From the NCBI RefSeq assembly GCF_009914755.1, contig NC_060933.1: a stretch of DNA of 64,000 nucleotides; one strand, 5' to 3'. Positions 12,290 through 24,120 of this stretch are shown here, piece after piece (position 1 is the first letter of the stretch; every line of letters begins with the position of its first letter). The DNA comes from the human T2T-CHM13v2.0 reference genome, Homo sapiens. Below the pieces are notes generated by a model. That model searched no databases. It was not told the DNA's origin and was given only the letters and a program-made list of their open reading frames with translations. Both the position numbers and the translations under genes were made by a program.

Positions 12290-15000
12290 TATTTTTTATT
12301 TTAAAAGTAAGTTGAAAAACATATTTTTATTGCTTTCTTGTGTGAAATTGGAGAATTCAAAAAAGTACAACAACCTCAAAATCACATTTTAAGAAACCAG
12401 AAATCTTTATCTCATAATTGAGAAATGTCCACTATAAAATGTTTGGTGTACACCTTTTCAGCCTTCATTTCTATGTGTTTTTTTATGTTCTTAGTGACTG
12501 AACTGCAATACCTTTTTGAAAAGAAAAGAATCATAACCTTTTCTTTTTGCTTACTGGTAGTACATCATAAGATCCCCCCTATCTTCAAGTATTAATATTT
12601 CAGATATTTCCTCTTTGATGATGCTGCTTCAGTTCCTTGTAACCAAATTTGTGTCCCACATTAGGGATGATTTTGTCAATAAATTGGGAGGTTGAGGCTA
12701 AAAGATTTGCCAATTTTGGAGATTTTTGATAAATATTGCCAATTTGCCTTCCAAAGAGTTTGTGTTATACTTGCCAATTTATATTCCCACTAGCAATGCT
12801 TCTTTATCTTTCCAGTACTAGGAATCATGAATGTTTACCAATTTTATAGAAGAAAAAAGTAACTAATTGGTTATCAGTACATATTTTCTTATATATTCAT
12901 AGTTCGTTTATATTTTTTTGTGTGTATGTTTATTGCTTCTTTAAATTTTTCCCATATTTTTGAGGATTTTATACTTGATTACTTTATAAAAGAATCTTTA
13001 TAATCTTTTCATTATTATGTAAATTTTTCATTTCCCTATCAAATTTATGTTTATATAATTTTAATTTTTATGTAATCAAATTTATTTTTTCATAATCATA
13101 ATGGCAACTATTGAGTGCTTATTATATAATAGTTTCTGTATATTTTGAAAACATTATTTCATCACTGTATGTTAATTGTATAAGTACTCAGTTACTTCTA
13201 CTTTTTTACACAAGAAAACTGAAACTCAGAGAAGCTAAAAGGCTAGCCTGAGATGACACAGCCAGTAAGAGGTGGAGTTGAAATCAGAACCCACACCCTA
13301 TGACTGGTCTTGGCCACTATGACACACTGCTTTTCAAATGTATTCTGAATGCTTCTAGGTATTTTGGTTCTAATTCTGAAATTTGTATTCCACTACTTGA
13401 TCTGTCTGATTGATGTCTTACCCCAAAGTCACACTGTCTTAATGATTATACATTTATAATATGTTTTGATAAGTCAGAATATGTTTCCATTTTTTCTTGG
13501 ATCTTCTTATTTCTTTTACCATATAAAGTTCAGAATCATTTCACCCAGTCAGAAAAAAACAAGGCCTCTTGGGTTCAATATAGTTAATTTGTAAGTTAAT
13601 TGTGGCAAACCGATATTTTTGCACAATTAAACTGTTTTATTTAGGTATAAAGAACAGATTCTCTATCCTCAAGCCTTTAAAGAGATTCTCAGTACAATTT
13701 ACATTACTTGTCTGGTTTATTACTAATTATTTTATATGTATGTTACTATTGTGAATGGAATTCCTTCGCGTTGTATTTTCTAACTCTGTGTTTCCCAAGA
13801 TGTCCCATGAGTAGCGCTGGTCCCAAGATATGATTTGGGCAAAGGGTTCCAACGTCTACAAAGCTGAGGAAACACTTCTCAAACCCCAGGTACATGTAGC
13901 TGGTGAAACTTTTAGAGGGGTTCAGAGTATGAAATGCCCAAATTTATTTAGTACAGAAATGTAATTTTGAGGAGTATTTTTAGATTTTAAAGGGACTGCT
14001 CTTTCAGACAACACACTCTGTGAAAGTCTGTTCTGCAGACTTTCATTACTAAGTATGATTTTTGCCTGTTTCTTTGAGACAGATATTTATAATCATAGTA
14101 ATAAAGTATCTTCGTATTTGTAGGCATATCTTTGTTGGCATATAACTAGATGATTATATGGGTTTTTTTCTGTTTTGAATTATTGATATAATGGATTAAA
14201 TAATAGAAGTCTTAACATTAACCCAATATGCATACAGAAATAAAAAACGTAATAAGTCTGCCAATTTATTATCATGCTTTTAATGTAGTGCTGAGTTCAA
14301 TTTATCAATATTTCACTTAGCGTCTTGTACTCTTATTTATAAAGTAGAGTAAATTTTCTCCTTTCTTCCCTCTTGTGTTTCTTCCCTTCCACCTCCCTTT
14401 TCTCTCTTCCTCCATTCCTTTTATCCTACCTCCCGTCTTTCTTTTCTCTGTCACGTTTTTGAATCAGAGTTAAGCTACCTTTACAAAATGAATTGAATAG
14501 CTTTCTATAGTTTTTCTTTCCAGACATGGAAATTATTTGAAACTTCGAAAGAATTTTTCCATAGAATCAAATGTTCCAAAGCTTTTGAAAAAAAAAAAAA
14601 AAAAGATTAGAGAAAATTCTGTTAACTTTTAAAAGAATTTTCAAGACAATGTAACTGCTTAGGTTTTGTATTTCTAGACCCAAGTTTTTGTAGCTTATCT
14701 ATTACTTACAAAATGTTTATTCCATCTAAATTTTTAAATATACCCACACAGAGATGCAGAAAGTATTCTTTTATTAAAAATACCTCTTATTCAGCATATA
14801 TTTATGTATTCGTTTGTTTTCTCTTTTTTCTTCCAAAGACCAACTCTTTATTTTTCACCTCTATTGTTTTTCTTCTATCTCATTAATTTCTGCTTTTTAT
14901 AAAAAAGAAAAACTTGTTCTTACTCTCCTAGATTTGTTTTCCCCATCTTCCTGTGTAAAGGTTTAATTCACTTATTTTCATTTTAAATGAAACAGAAATG
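12290..15000 (-). mobile_element. Highly decayed L1M/L1ME fragments, interrupted by a MIR (about 13100-13330)
   Basis: T-rich antisense L1 motifs such as tattgccaatttgccttccaaag...atattcccactagcaatg and tgttactattgtgaatggaatt. Confidence 0.65.
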
Positions 15001-15002
15001 AA

Positions 15003-15330
15003 GGCCGGGTGTGGTGGCTCACGCCTGTAATCCCAGCACTTTGGGAGGCTGAGGAGGGCAGATCACTAGGTCAGGAGTTTGAGATCAGCCTAACCAACAT
15101 GGTGAAACCTCGTCTCTACTAAAAATACAAAAATTAGCCGGGTGTGGTAGCGCATGCCTGTAATCCTAGCTACTCAAGAGGCTGAGGCCAGAGAATTGCT
15201 TGAACTCGGGAGCCGGAGGGTGCAGTGAGCCGAAATTGTGCCATTGCACTCCAGCCTGGGTGACAGAGCGAGACTCCATCTCAAAAAAAAAAAAAGAAAA
15301 AGAAAAGAAAAAGAAAAAGAAAAAAAAAAG
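15003..15330 (+). mobile_element. AluS (Sg-like), full length with (GAAAA)n-type tail
   Basis: ggccgggtgtggtggctcacgcc...gactccatctcaaaaa; approximate TSD gaaacagaaatgaa / gaaacaaaatgaa. Confidence 0.97.
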
Positions 15331-15409
15331 AAACAAAATGAAAAGCTATAGTTTTTTTTCTTTAGTTATGGTTTTGATGATCCTATAAGTTTTGATATTG
15401 AATACAGCA

Positions 15410-15615
15410 TGCTGGCAAATCCAGTTCCATCACTTACTCTCTTTGTGACCTTAAGCAAGTTACTTCACCTCTCTGTGCCTCAGTTTGTTTAACCTATAAG
15501 AAAAATATTAATGTCCACTTCAGAGTTTTAATGAGGATTACATGAGGTAATATATGCAAACTAATTTTAATAGTGAGTGACAGATACTAAATACTGAACA
15601 ATGCCTATGATGCTA
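15410..15615 (+). mobile_element. MIR SINE
   Basis: gtgaccttaagcaagttacttcacctctctgtgcctcagttt core. Confidence 0.9.
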
Positions 15616-15958
15616 CTTTTTATTTTCTTAACAGTCTATAATTTTAGTCTGAATGTCGCTTACCTCAGTTATTAGGGCCTTAATAATTTTTATCAATTGC
15701 TAGCTTTATTACATGGCAGCTAGAGAATTCAGCAAATAAAATTTGTGGCAATGTAGCTTTGAGGTAAATGAATGAATGAGGAAGGAAATTACATTTATTG
15801 AGCATTGTTTGACATTGTATTACACATTTCTGTTTGTTTTCAGAGCTCTATTATAGGAATGCAAGGATCTGATATATGTTGATCTGTTCTCCAACCCTGC
15901 AATTTTTTTACTGTGATACTCTACTGAAATTTCCTAACGCGTATTTTATCTTTGGAAC

Positions 15959-15968
15959 GCACACATAC

Positions 15969-16015
<47 letters not shown>
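15959..16015. repeat. (CATA)n(CA)n microsatellite
   Basis: Directly visible. Confidence 0.95.
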
Positions 16016-16017
<2 letters not shown>

Positions 16018-16404
16018 TCCACCACCTTTCTGGGTATGCACACCCGCTTGGCTCTTTTCCAAAAAGTAGTTTACTGAAAACAAGAGCAAGATGTTATGGA
16101 ATTACCTAGGTACTAAAAAGATATTCCTAGTATTCATAGATTTGGTATTGGAAGAAGAAGTTGCTTTCTCACAGTATTTTTAATGACTTAACAAAGAAGG
16201 GAATCTTACCTCTAAAGCTAATTCCAGGAAGCATTTATCATGAAAAACCTAAATAATGGTATGTTAGAGAACTGAAGGAGATGTGGGTCAATATTTAACA
16301 CCCATATTGCTTAAGAGATGGCTGAATTGATCTAATCTGGTGTGTGCTGAAAGGTCTTTTTCAGCTAAAATATTCTTTTTATTGGCCTCCTTGATTACTT
16401 TTTT

Positions 16405-16598
16405 TAGGACACGAATTCTCAGTTTGGGTTGCTCAGTGAGCAGCCCAAAAGTTGGCTGGGAATTTTTAAAAATATACCAATGCGTGGGTCTTCTCTCAAC
16501 CAAATGAACCAGAATCACAGTGGATTTGAAAGACTTGGGCATCTTATAAAATGACCTCCAGATGACTCTAGTATGTAGCCATAGTTGAGAACCACTGG
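16405..16598. mobile_element. MER5-family hAT-Charlie MITE
   Basis: Ends in gatgactctagtatgtagccatagttgagaaccactg. Confidence 0.7.
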
Positions 16599-17164
16599 GC
16601 TAAGATATTATATCTCCTTAAAGTACCCAACAGAAACGGCATACTTAAACCATTGCACAGAATCTTAGCTATTAGCTTTGAGTCATCTGCCAGTTTAGCA
16701 GAGAATTGAGACTAAAAGGCTAGGCTCTGGGACAGATACACTTTATTGCACTGCAGCTAGAATTGGGGGCTGGGATGGCGGTTGTTAGAAAAAACTTGGA
16801 GATTGGAGACCTAGCCAGAAGGATAGAACTGGACAGGTACAAGCATAAGGGGCATTGGGAAGCTATCGCTAAGGTAGGGACATTGGGGCATAGGGAAGAC
16901 CCCGTGGGCAGGGAATCAGATGGAGGAAGTGGGTTGCAAAGTGGAGAAGGAAGAAAAAGGGAAGTAATGTCTTAGCCAGGGCCTAAAATGCACAGGATGC
17001 TGTGCTAAAACCTTCTGCAGACCTGAGCTCTCTGAGTTCTCACAACAAACCTGTAAAATAGGAGCTCCATGTTAAAGTGGGGAAATTGGGGTTTAGAGCC
17101 ATTAATCAACTTTTCCACTAACTCGGTAGGCAAGGTGGATTTCAATCCATGAGTGTTCCTCTAG

Positions 17165-17510
17165 CCAGGTGTTTCTCTAGTGTGGTGCCAGGAACCCTTT
17201 GCATCAGAGTCACCTGGGGCCTCACCTCACCTTCCCCAGACCTCCTGAAACTGAATCGTGGGCCCAGGAATGTGAGTTTGTGACAAGTTCTTGGTGTGAT
17301 CATTCATTATGCCTCTGAACGTCTGAGGCCCAATGTCCTAGAACCCAGCTTTTCTCAAACTTGAATGAGCCTATGCATATCCTCGGGGCCATGCGAAAAT
17401 GCAGAGGCTGACTCAGTGGGTTGGGGGTGGGGCCTGAGTTTCTGCATTTCCCACAAGCCTCTAGACGATGCCAAAGCTTTGGCCACCCAGAACACATTTT
17501 AAGTAACAAG
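17165..17510. mobile_element. Two adjacent MER5A-type MITEs
   Basis: gcatcagagtcacctggg... and ttctcaaacttgaatg...ggggtggggcctgagtttctgcatttcccacaagc. Confidence 0.75.
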
Positions 17511-19489
17511 TTCCTCTACCATGCTGCCCGACCTCATTCAGGCTAAGGCCAAAGCCTGAATCCCAAACAGTCAGGATTCTGCGAGCAGCTAGACTAGCCT
17601 GGACATTCAAAGGCTGTGACTGCTAATGGCTGCTCAGCTGGCTTCCCTCCAGGGGAGCGGCTCCGCTTGCTCATCTGTCAGAGGGAGAAGCCAAAGCCAT
17701 TGGCGAGCACCTGCTCCGAGCCCTCAGGAAGCCAGCGCTGAATTTAGCCCCACAGCAGCCGAGCTGCCCAGAGACAGGATTTGCAGACAATTGCCTCGAA
17801 CCACAGTCAGGCGCAGGCCCCAGCACACGGCCTGTAACCAATTCCACAAATGCCAAATGACTGGCCCTGGAAATTGCAAAGAAAATAGCTAGCCACCAGG
17901 AGGTGGGGGTTGAATCTTTTTATTATTATTATTTAAATCAGTACAACATTTGGGATCTATTACCAGTGATTTAAGGTTTGCCCAGTGTGTGGGCTTTATG
18001 GGATTTCCCCTTTATTTGGGAGTATTTCAGATTCAGGAGTTTAATTCTGTTACCTTCTTTCCTTGATCACAAAAACAAAGGCACTGACCGATAACTTGTT
18101 ACTCCATAAGGAACGAAATTGTGTTTCTCTGTTATCTCAAAAAAAAGGCTTGGTTCTTTCTGAAAAATTAATCACCCTATCTTTTACACATTTAAGCTCC
18201 TTGGCATTGCATGGGAAATTATCTGTTCCACACTTGAATCAAGCAAAAGCAAGTCCATATGCCCGGTCCTTAATCTCTCTTAGTTTTCTTCCAATTAGAT
18301 GCAATCTTTTTCCAATACTCTAATTAATACTTCCATATTAAATATTAGGCCTTGTAAGAGAAAAATCATCTGTAATATAGTCGTATCAAGCCAAACAGGA
18401 TTTTCAAGCTCTTGCCCTTAATCCTTCTTTCAATTTTCTGCCATTTAGAAACAATTTTTCCCCAACACTCTAATGAATGCAAATAATATTCGTGATTAGT
18501 TAGTATTATGCTAATCTGAGCCTGGAATTTACCTAAATCTGCATGGTGTTGTCTGAGCACCAGATTGCTTTGGGTTTCTGAGGAAAATTACATTAGCCTG
18601 CCAGATGCACAAAACATGATAGAGTAGAAATCTGAGCAAATAATCAAGATTACATTAGTTTTGTTTCTTAATGAACAACTGTTGGCATTAGGGATTACAG
18701 ACAAATTATGGGTTTCCTCTCTGAGCTCAAGCAGCTAAGCAGCTGTTGTGAAGGTCCCCTTTTTCTGACTACCCCTAAATAGATTGGGAGCCACTAGGGC
18801 AGGAGGAAAGCATCTAAAATTTCACATAATTTAATTTGTTCCATTACAAAGTAATCATCACTCCAAGGCCCACAGCTAACCTCCAAATTTCCCCCCACCA
18901 ACCTCTCTCTGGAATGCAGGAGCAATTCAAGTGAGTATCTGGGGCAGAAACTCAATGTGTTTGTCTTCTCTCCTGACTTGCAGGGATGTGGGTTACATGC
19001 CTCCAAGGCGTACCTGCTTTCTGTACCCTTTGGGCCACTTTCCAAAAGGGTGCCTGCTTATTCCTGCTACTTGGATGACACAGATGGAATGCTGCTGATA
19101 AGGATTATGTAGGTAACACAGTACATCTGGCCACAGTCTAATAGGCTGGATAAACCAGAAACTTGCAGAAACAGCAGCCATCTGAGCTTAGACCCTTGTC
19201 CTATGTTACTTGATCTACGTCTGTGAAGTTTCACTATAATGAAATCCTTGTCCTGCAGTGGATGTGTGGTGTGTGGTAGCGGTGGTCGTGGTGGTGTATG
19301 TGTATATGTGTGTGTAGATAGGGTGATTTAATAGCCCATGGCCCTGTTCTTGGACCTTCTTTCTTTACATCAGTCAGCAAAATAGCAGGGCTCTTGGTGT
19401 GGATTTTTTTCTGCCTAATTTAAGTGCCCTCACTTACAGCATGATGCCTTTTTCCATGGGCTGTTTCCCAGTTCAGAGTCATGCTCTCT

Positions 19490-19760
19490 CTTGCCACTGG
19501 ACCTTTGCATATGGTCATCCCTCTGCAGGAATTAATCTTCTGCTCTCTCTTATTTGCATCTAAAGAAACTGCACCAGCTTCAAGATGAGTTAGGTGCCTC
19601 TGTTATGTAGCTCCAAGTCAGGCAATACTGCAGCAACAAAAGACTTATTGCATTGTCTTCTAACTAGATGTAAACTCCACAAGGAAGAGCACTAAGCCTG
19701 CCTTGTTCATACAGCATTTGTTATAAATACACTATAAAAAATTTTGAATGGAATAAATAT
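19490..19760 (+). mobile_element. L2 3' fragment
   Basis: ggacctttgcatatggtcatccctctgc...actagatgtaaactccacaagg...ttgaatggaataaat. Confidence 0.65.
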
Positions 19761-21329
19761 ATTTATGCAGTTACAAATGCAGTGTTGATAAGAAACGTTT
19801 GGGTCTATATGCCATTGGAAATATGGATGGCCTAAATGATAAGACATTCGCAACAAGGTCATCATAAAGATATTTTTCTATAGAGGCTAGCGACTTCTCA
19901 ATCTATGGCCATGGCCCTGTGTTTTGGGGCAAAGTAGGCAATAGAGGCTAAGTGTTTATGGATACAGGCAACTCATGACTTGCTCCAGCTGGCTGAGCAA
20001 GGTTACCTTGAGAACTGAGCTTCTTTTCCTGCCTTCTGTACCCATCTCTGTCACAATTCCTCACAAACTTATAGGCCCATTGCTGGTAAGAGTCTTCCTG
20101 ATGAATGCCACCCATTATTGAACTAACAGCCCAGGATCCCCAGCTGTCATCATAATCTAGTATCCAGTGGTGAGATTGTGGATAGCCTAGTGGGAAACAA
20201 AAAACAGAGTGGATATGAGAAAGAGGAGTAGAAAGAAGTTATCTGTTAGGTCCACCTTCCATCCCTACTCCTAACACCACTACTTTTGTCCTGCAGTTTC
20301 TGGGCTCAAGACTACGGAAAGAAACTCAAGAAAAAAAAAAGAGACAAGAGAAACCAAGTTGTAGAGGAAGGGAAGCTGAAGAACTACTCCCTCCTTTCCT
20401 TGCCAGCAATGGGAAAATGAAAGACAAATGGGGTAGAGAGCATGAGAAGTAGAGATCTCTCCTTCACCCTCTTTGCACTCTCCAGGAACCTCAGGCCATA
20501 TTTCCAATTCCCAACTTCCCTCTCTGGATCGGAGCAGTGGAGTCTATGCTCAGCCACTGGGAGATGGGGGATTCCCACTCATCTGCTAAGAAGGGGGCTA
20601 TTGGAAGGAGGAAGGGGAAAGTCCAGGCCCCAGTTGCCTGGAGCCATTATTGCGCCTGGTACACTGTGGGTGAAATCATCTTTGATGGGTCCTTTTGGAC
20701 CCATTGCACTTATCACAAAATTGCTAATGAACAGCTCATTTTTAAGTTGTGTGTATGGTCGTGATGGTGGGGTGCCTCTGTGAAAAGCGGGACTGGCTTT
20801 ATTTATAAATTCTGTGTCCTGGGCTCTCCAAGCACTAACAATGGGCTAAGAGACTAGAACTTAAGGCAAGCTCAACCTCGTTCAACAAGTCTGATGGTAT
20901 CGGTGCTTGTATAAGGATATTGAGTGCCAGGAAGAGAAGTTGAGAGAGGAAATATAATGCTAAGTAAGATTGGATCTCTGCTTTCCAGAAGTTTATCATT
21001 GAGTTTAGGGGAAAAATGAAATTAATGACATAAGGAGTAAATACACTAAACAGGAGCTCAGAGTCTGGAAGAAATCATTTTCTCAGAAAGGTAAGCAAAG
21101 TCTTTGTGGAAATTGGTTGAGCCTAAAGCCACTGACTTAACTGCTAAGAATCACTTCTCCTAGTAGTAGTTTCTGTTGTGTGTTTTCTTGGCGGGGGGTT
21201 GGGAGGCAGGGGTTGTTTTTGTTTTGTAACCTTATTTGTGTCTTTTCTTATTTGTATACTTTATACTGTCAGGCATTTTACTGCGGTGCGTTGTGCTTAT
21301 GCCCTACTTAGAGTTAATTACTATTAGCA

Positions 21330-21565
21330 TGAGGACCCAATATATGCCTGGCAAAATGGTTTATGAATAAAACTCATCTAATCCTCACAACAATCTTACT
21401 AAGCAGATCCTGCTACTACCCCCACAAAACAGCTGAGGAAACTGAGTCACAGAAATGTTAACTCATTTGCTCAAGTTTACCTAGCTGGGCAATGGCATAT
21501 TTGGGAGTTGAGCCCAGATAGTCTAGCCTTAGATGCCTAGGCCCTTAACCATAATGCTATTCTTC
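21330..21565 (-). mobile_element. MIR SINE
   Basis: ctcatctaatcctcacaacaatc...gctgaggaaactgagtcacaga...tttgctcaagttt. Confidence 0.85.
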
Positions 21566-22344
21566 CTCTCTACATAACCTGAAACACTCTCCAAAAAGTA
21601 TTTTTACATCCCATACTCTCTCCCATTTTAATTTTAGCTTCCCCTTAGTTCTCTACGTTATAAACATGATAAAATTCAGATTGGTGAAAATATGAAGTCC
21701 ATATTCTAAAGAAACTATTTATAATGTTTAACTTTCCTTCATTCACATGAGGATATGTGAGGCACAATAGATATTATCTTACACTGCACCTAAGATTTCC
21801 TTCTACTAAAAATTTCAGGGAAAAAAATAACTCTTTAGGAAATACCCATTCTATCTATCTAATTGTAATTTTATCAAAAGGCCATTTCTTCATGTTTTCA
21901 ATGACCAATTAAATAGTAATTATGAACTACACACATTTTTTCCCTGAAACTTTCCAATTTCATTCCATGACCTTATTTACAAAATAAGGGTCTGTCTTAA
22001 TAGGTGCTATTTCCCTAATGATCTAAGATAAGAATTCAACATGCATTATGAACACAGACCCAGCCCGGCAGGCATTACTTACTCTGCACCCAACCTGTCC
22101 TTCTTCCAAGGGCTGACTGACTTGTACTTAGAGCAGCTCAGAGGAGAAACACCTCAGTGGAATGTTCTGCAGCGGTGCCACAGACCAAGATCACATTCTG
22201 CAAAACAGTCACTCTCTTCCAATGAGTACGAAATTCCTTTAAAAGGAGGGGCTGAAATAATGAAAGACCTCTAAACACAGGAATCTGAAGCACTTCTGTG
22301 CAGATATTAAATTTAGCTTCTACAGAGAACTTTTGCATTCACTC

Positions 22345-22552
22345 AGTATTTTCCAAACCATGTGTCATGACCCATTAGCAGGTCAAGATATCAATTTAGT
22401 GAGACAGCACCTTCATTTAAAAAGATGAAATAGAATAAAGTAGAAAACTAGTAAATGTGCATTTCAGGTACTAAGGGTAAGGCTGCTTCATGAATAGATT
22501 ATTTCAGTTCTATGTATAAATGATGGAAGGCCCAAAAAGTGAGAAACCACTG
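22345..22552. mobile_element. hAT-Charlie (Charlie4-like) non-autonomous element
   Basis: cagtattttccaaac...gacccattagcaggtcaagatatcaatttagt...gagaaaccactg; CAGT...ACTG termini. Confidence 0.65.
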
Positions 22553-23059
22553 ACTTTCCTTTGCTTCATTTACAGTGGTTCAAAAAAGTAGTCAGGACTC
22601 AGAGGTTAAATGGCTCGCTTATGCCTACAGACCAGTTTAGGGACATCCATCTGGTTCTTTGGATGCTCAGCTGTTTTTCTACTGCCCCATTGATTCAGGA
22701 CAAGAAAATGAGGCTGAACAAAAGCAGCAATGACACCCTATTCACAAAGTGGTGGATGATGCTTCTGCATTGACAGGAAGAGTGGCTTTAGTGTGCAGGA
22801 CAAAGAAAGATTCAGAAGTTCTCCACCCTTTCAAATTTCTTGAAAGGAGATTGAATAAAATTATGCAGGAACTATTTTTTAATATTTCACAAATACCATT
22901 CGAAAATGGTAGGTTTATCCAGAATAAGGTTCTGTCCTCTAACTAAAAGGTCAAATCTCTTTGATTTGGGCTAGAAGTACATCAACTCCATGTGAAAACA
23001 CGGCTTGTAATGTTCTGTTCAGAAGTCCTTTGATGTCTTTGGTTAATCATGGTGTTATG

Positions 23060-23270
23060 GGAAGTGCCAATAACCTGACTTTTAATCCTGGCACTGCCCA
23101 TTATCAGCCGAGTAAGCTTGGACAAACTATTTAAACTCCCTGGGCCTCAGTATTTTTCTGCTGTGAAATGGGAATTACATATACTTTTCAAGGTTGTTGC
23201 AAATTGTTATTTAATAATAAGATAATATATGCAAAGTACCTAGCAGAGAACCTGGTACATCGGAGTTCTT
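23060..23270 (+). mobile_element. MIR SINE
   Basis: cttggacaaactatttaaactccctgggcctcagt...gtgaaatggg...atatgcaaagtacctagcagag. Confidence 0.8.
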
Positions 23271-23754
23271 TGTGGATGGTGATATCTGAAAAATGCAAAA
23301 ACAGCTCACAGTTTAATACATGCAATTTGTTCAGTTAATGGAATCTTTCAAAATATAGGCTTGGGTGGAAAGATAATCAAAGAAGCACCTTTTGGGACAA
23401 TGTTGAAAACTGTTACATTAGCAATCACTCAGTCCCTAAATGATGCCTGTTTGCCCAGAGATTGAGGTGCTATCCCTTGCGTGGGGAGATGGCTTTGGCC
23501 AAAAGGCTTTGAATGCTCAATAATTATTCACTCTACCCATTGGTAGTCCTATGGCCAGGAGTTTAGAGAATATTCATCAATTCCTCAGCAGTATCTCCCC
23601 ATATCCATGCTATTGTTTGGAATTCCCTATGAAAGTTTAGGAGAAAGCCAATCTGGCACAAGCAAATGTTTTCAAAGTGTCTGATAAGAAGAGAACATGT
23701 GAGGGAAGTAAAGTGAAGGGAAACAGCCCAAACTGACAAATATGGCTGGCCTGC

Positions 23755-24120
23755 CTGGTCTAAGCTGATTGATTGATTTTTTAATTAATTTATGATGGCA
23801 CAACAATAATTACAAGCTACTGTTTGTCAGCCAAATCACTTGCGATGAAGTCAAAGGTTTACATCTGTGCGAAGGTCCCAAGGATCAATGCATCAAATTA
23901 GCTCTGTTGGCTTTTTTCCCACTAAAAACTAACATGTGTCATCAATATTCCAGCGTTTATGTGTGTAAACTAATTGATTGAACATTCATGCTACGTAAAC
24001 ATGTGGTTTGTATTATGTGGGGTACCATTTATAAACATCTTTGGTGCCAATAAAATGAATAGCCTCACATACGATAATTAACATCTTATTGGAAAAATAA
24101 AATAACAATTTAGTGTTATT
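23755..24120. promoter_or_regulatory. Candidate conserved non-coding element or developmental enhancer
   Basis: Non-repeat sequence dense in TGATTGAT (PBX-HOX), TAATTA, TTTATGA, ACAAT (SOX) and GTAAAC(A) (FOX) motifs; conservation not testable here. Confidence 0.35.
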
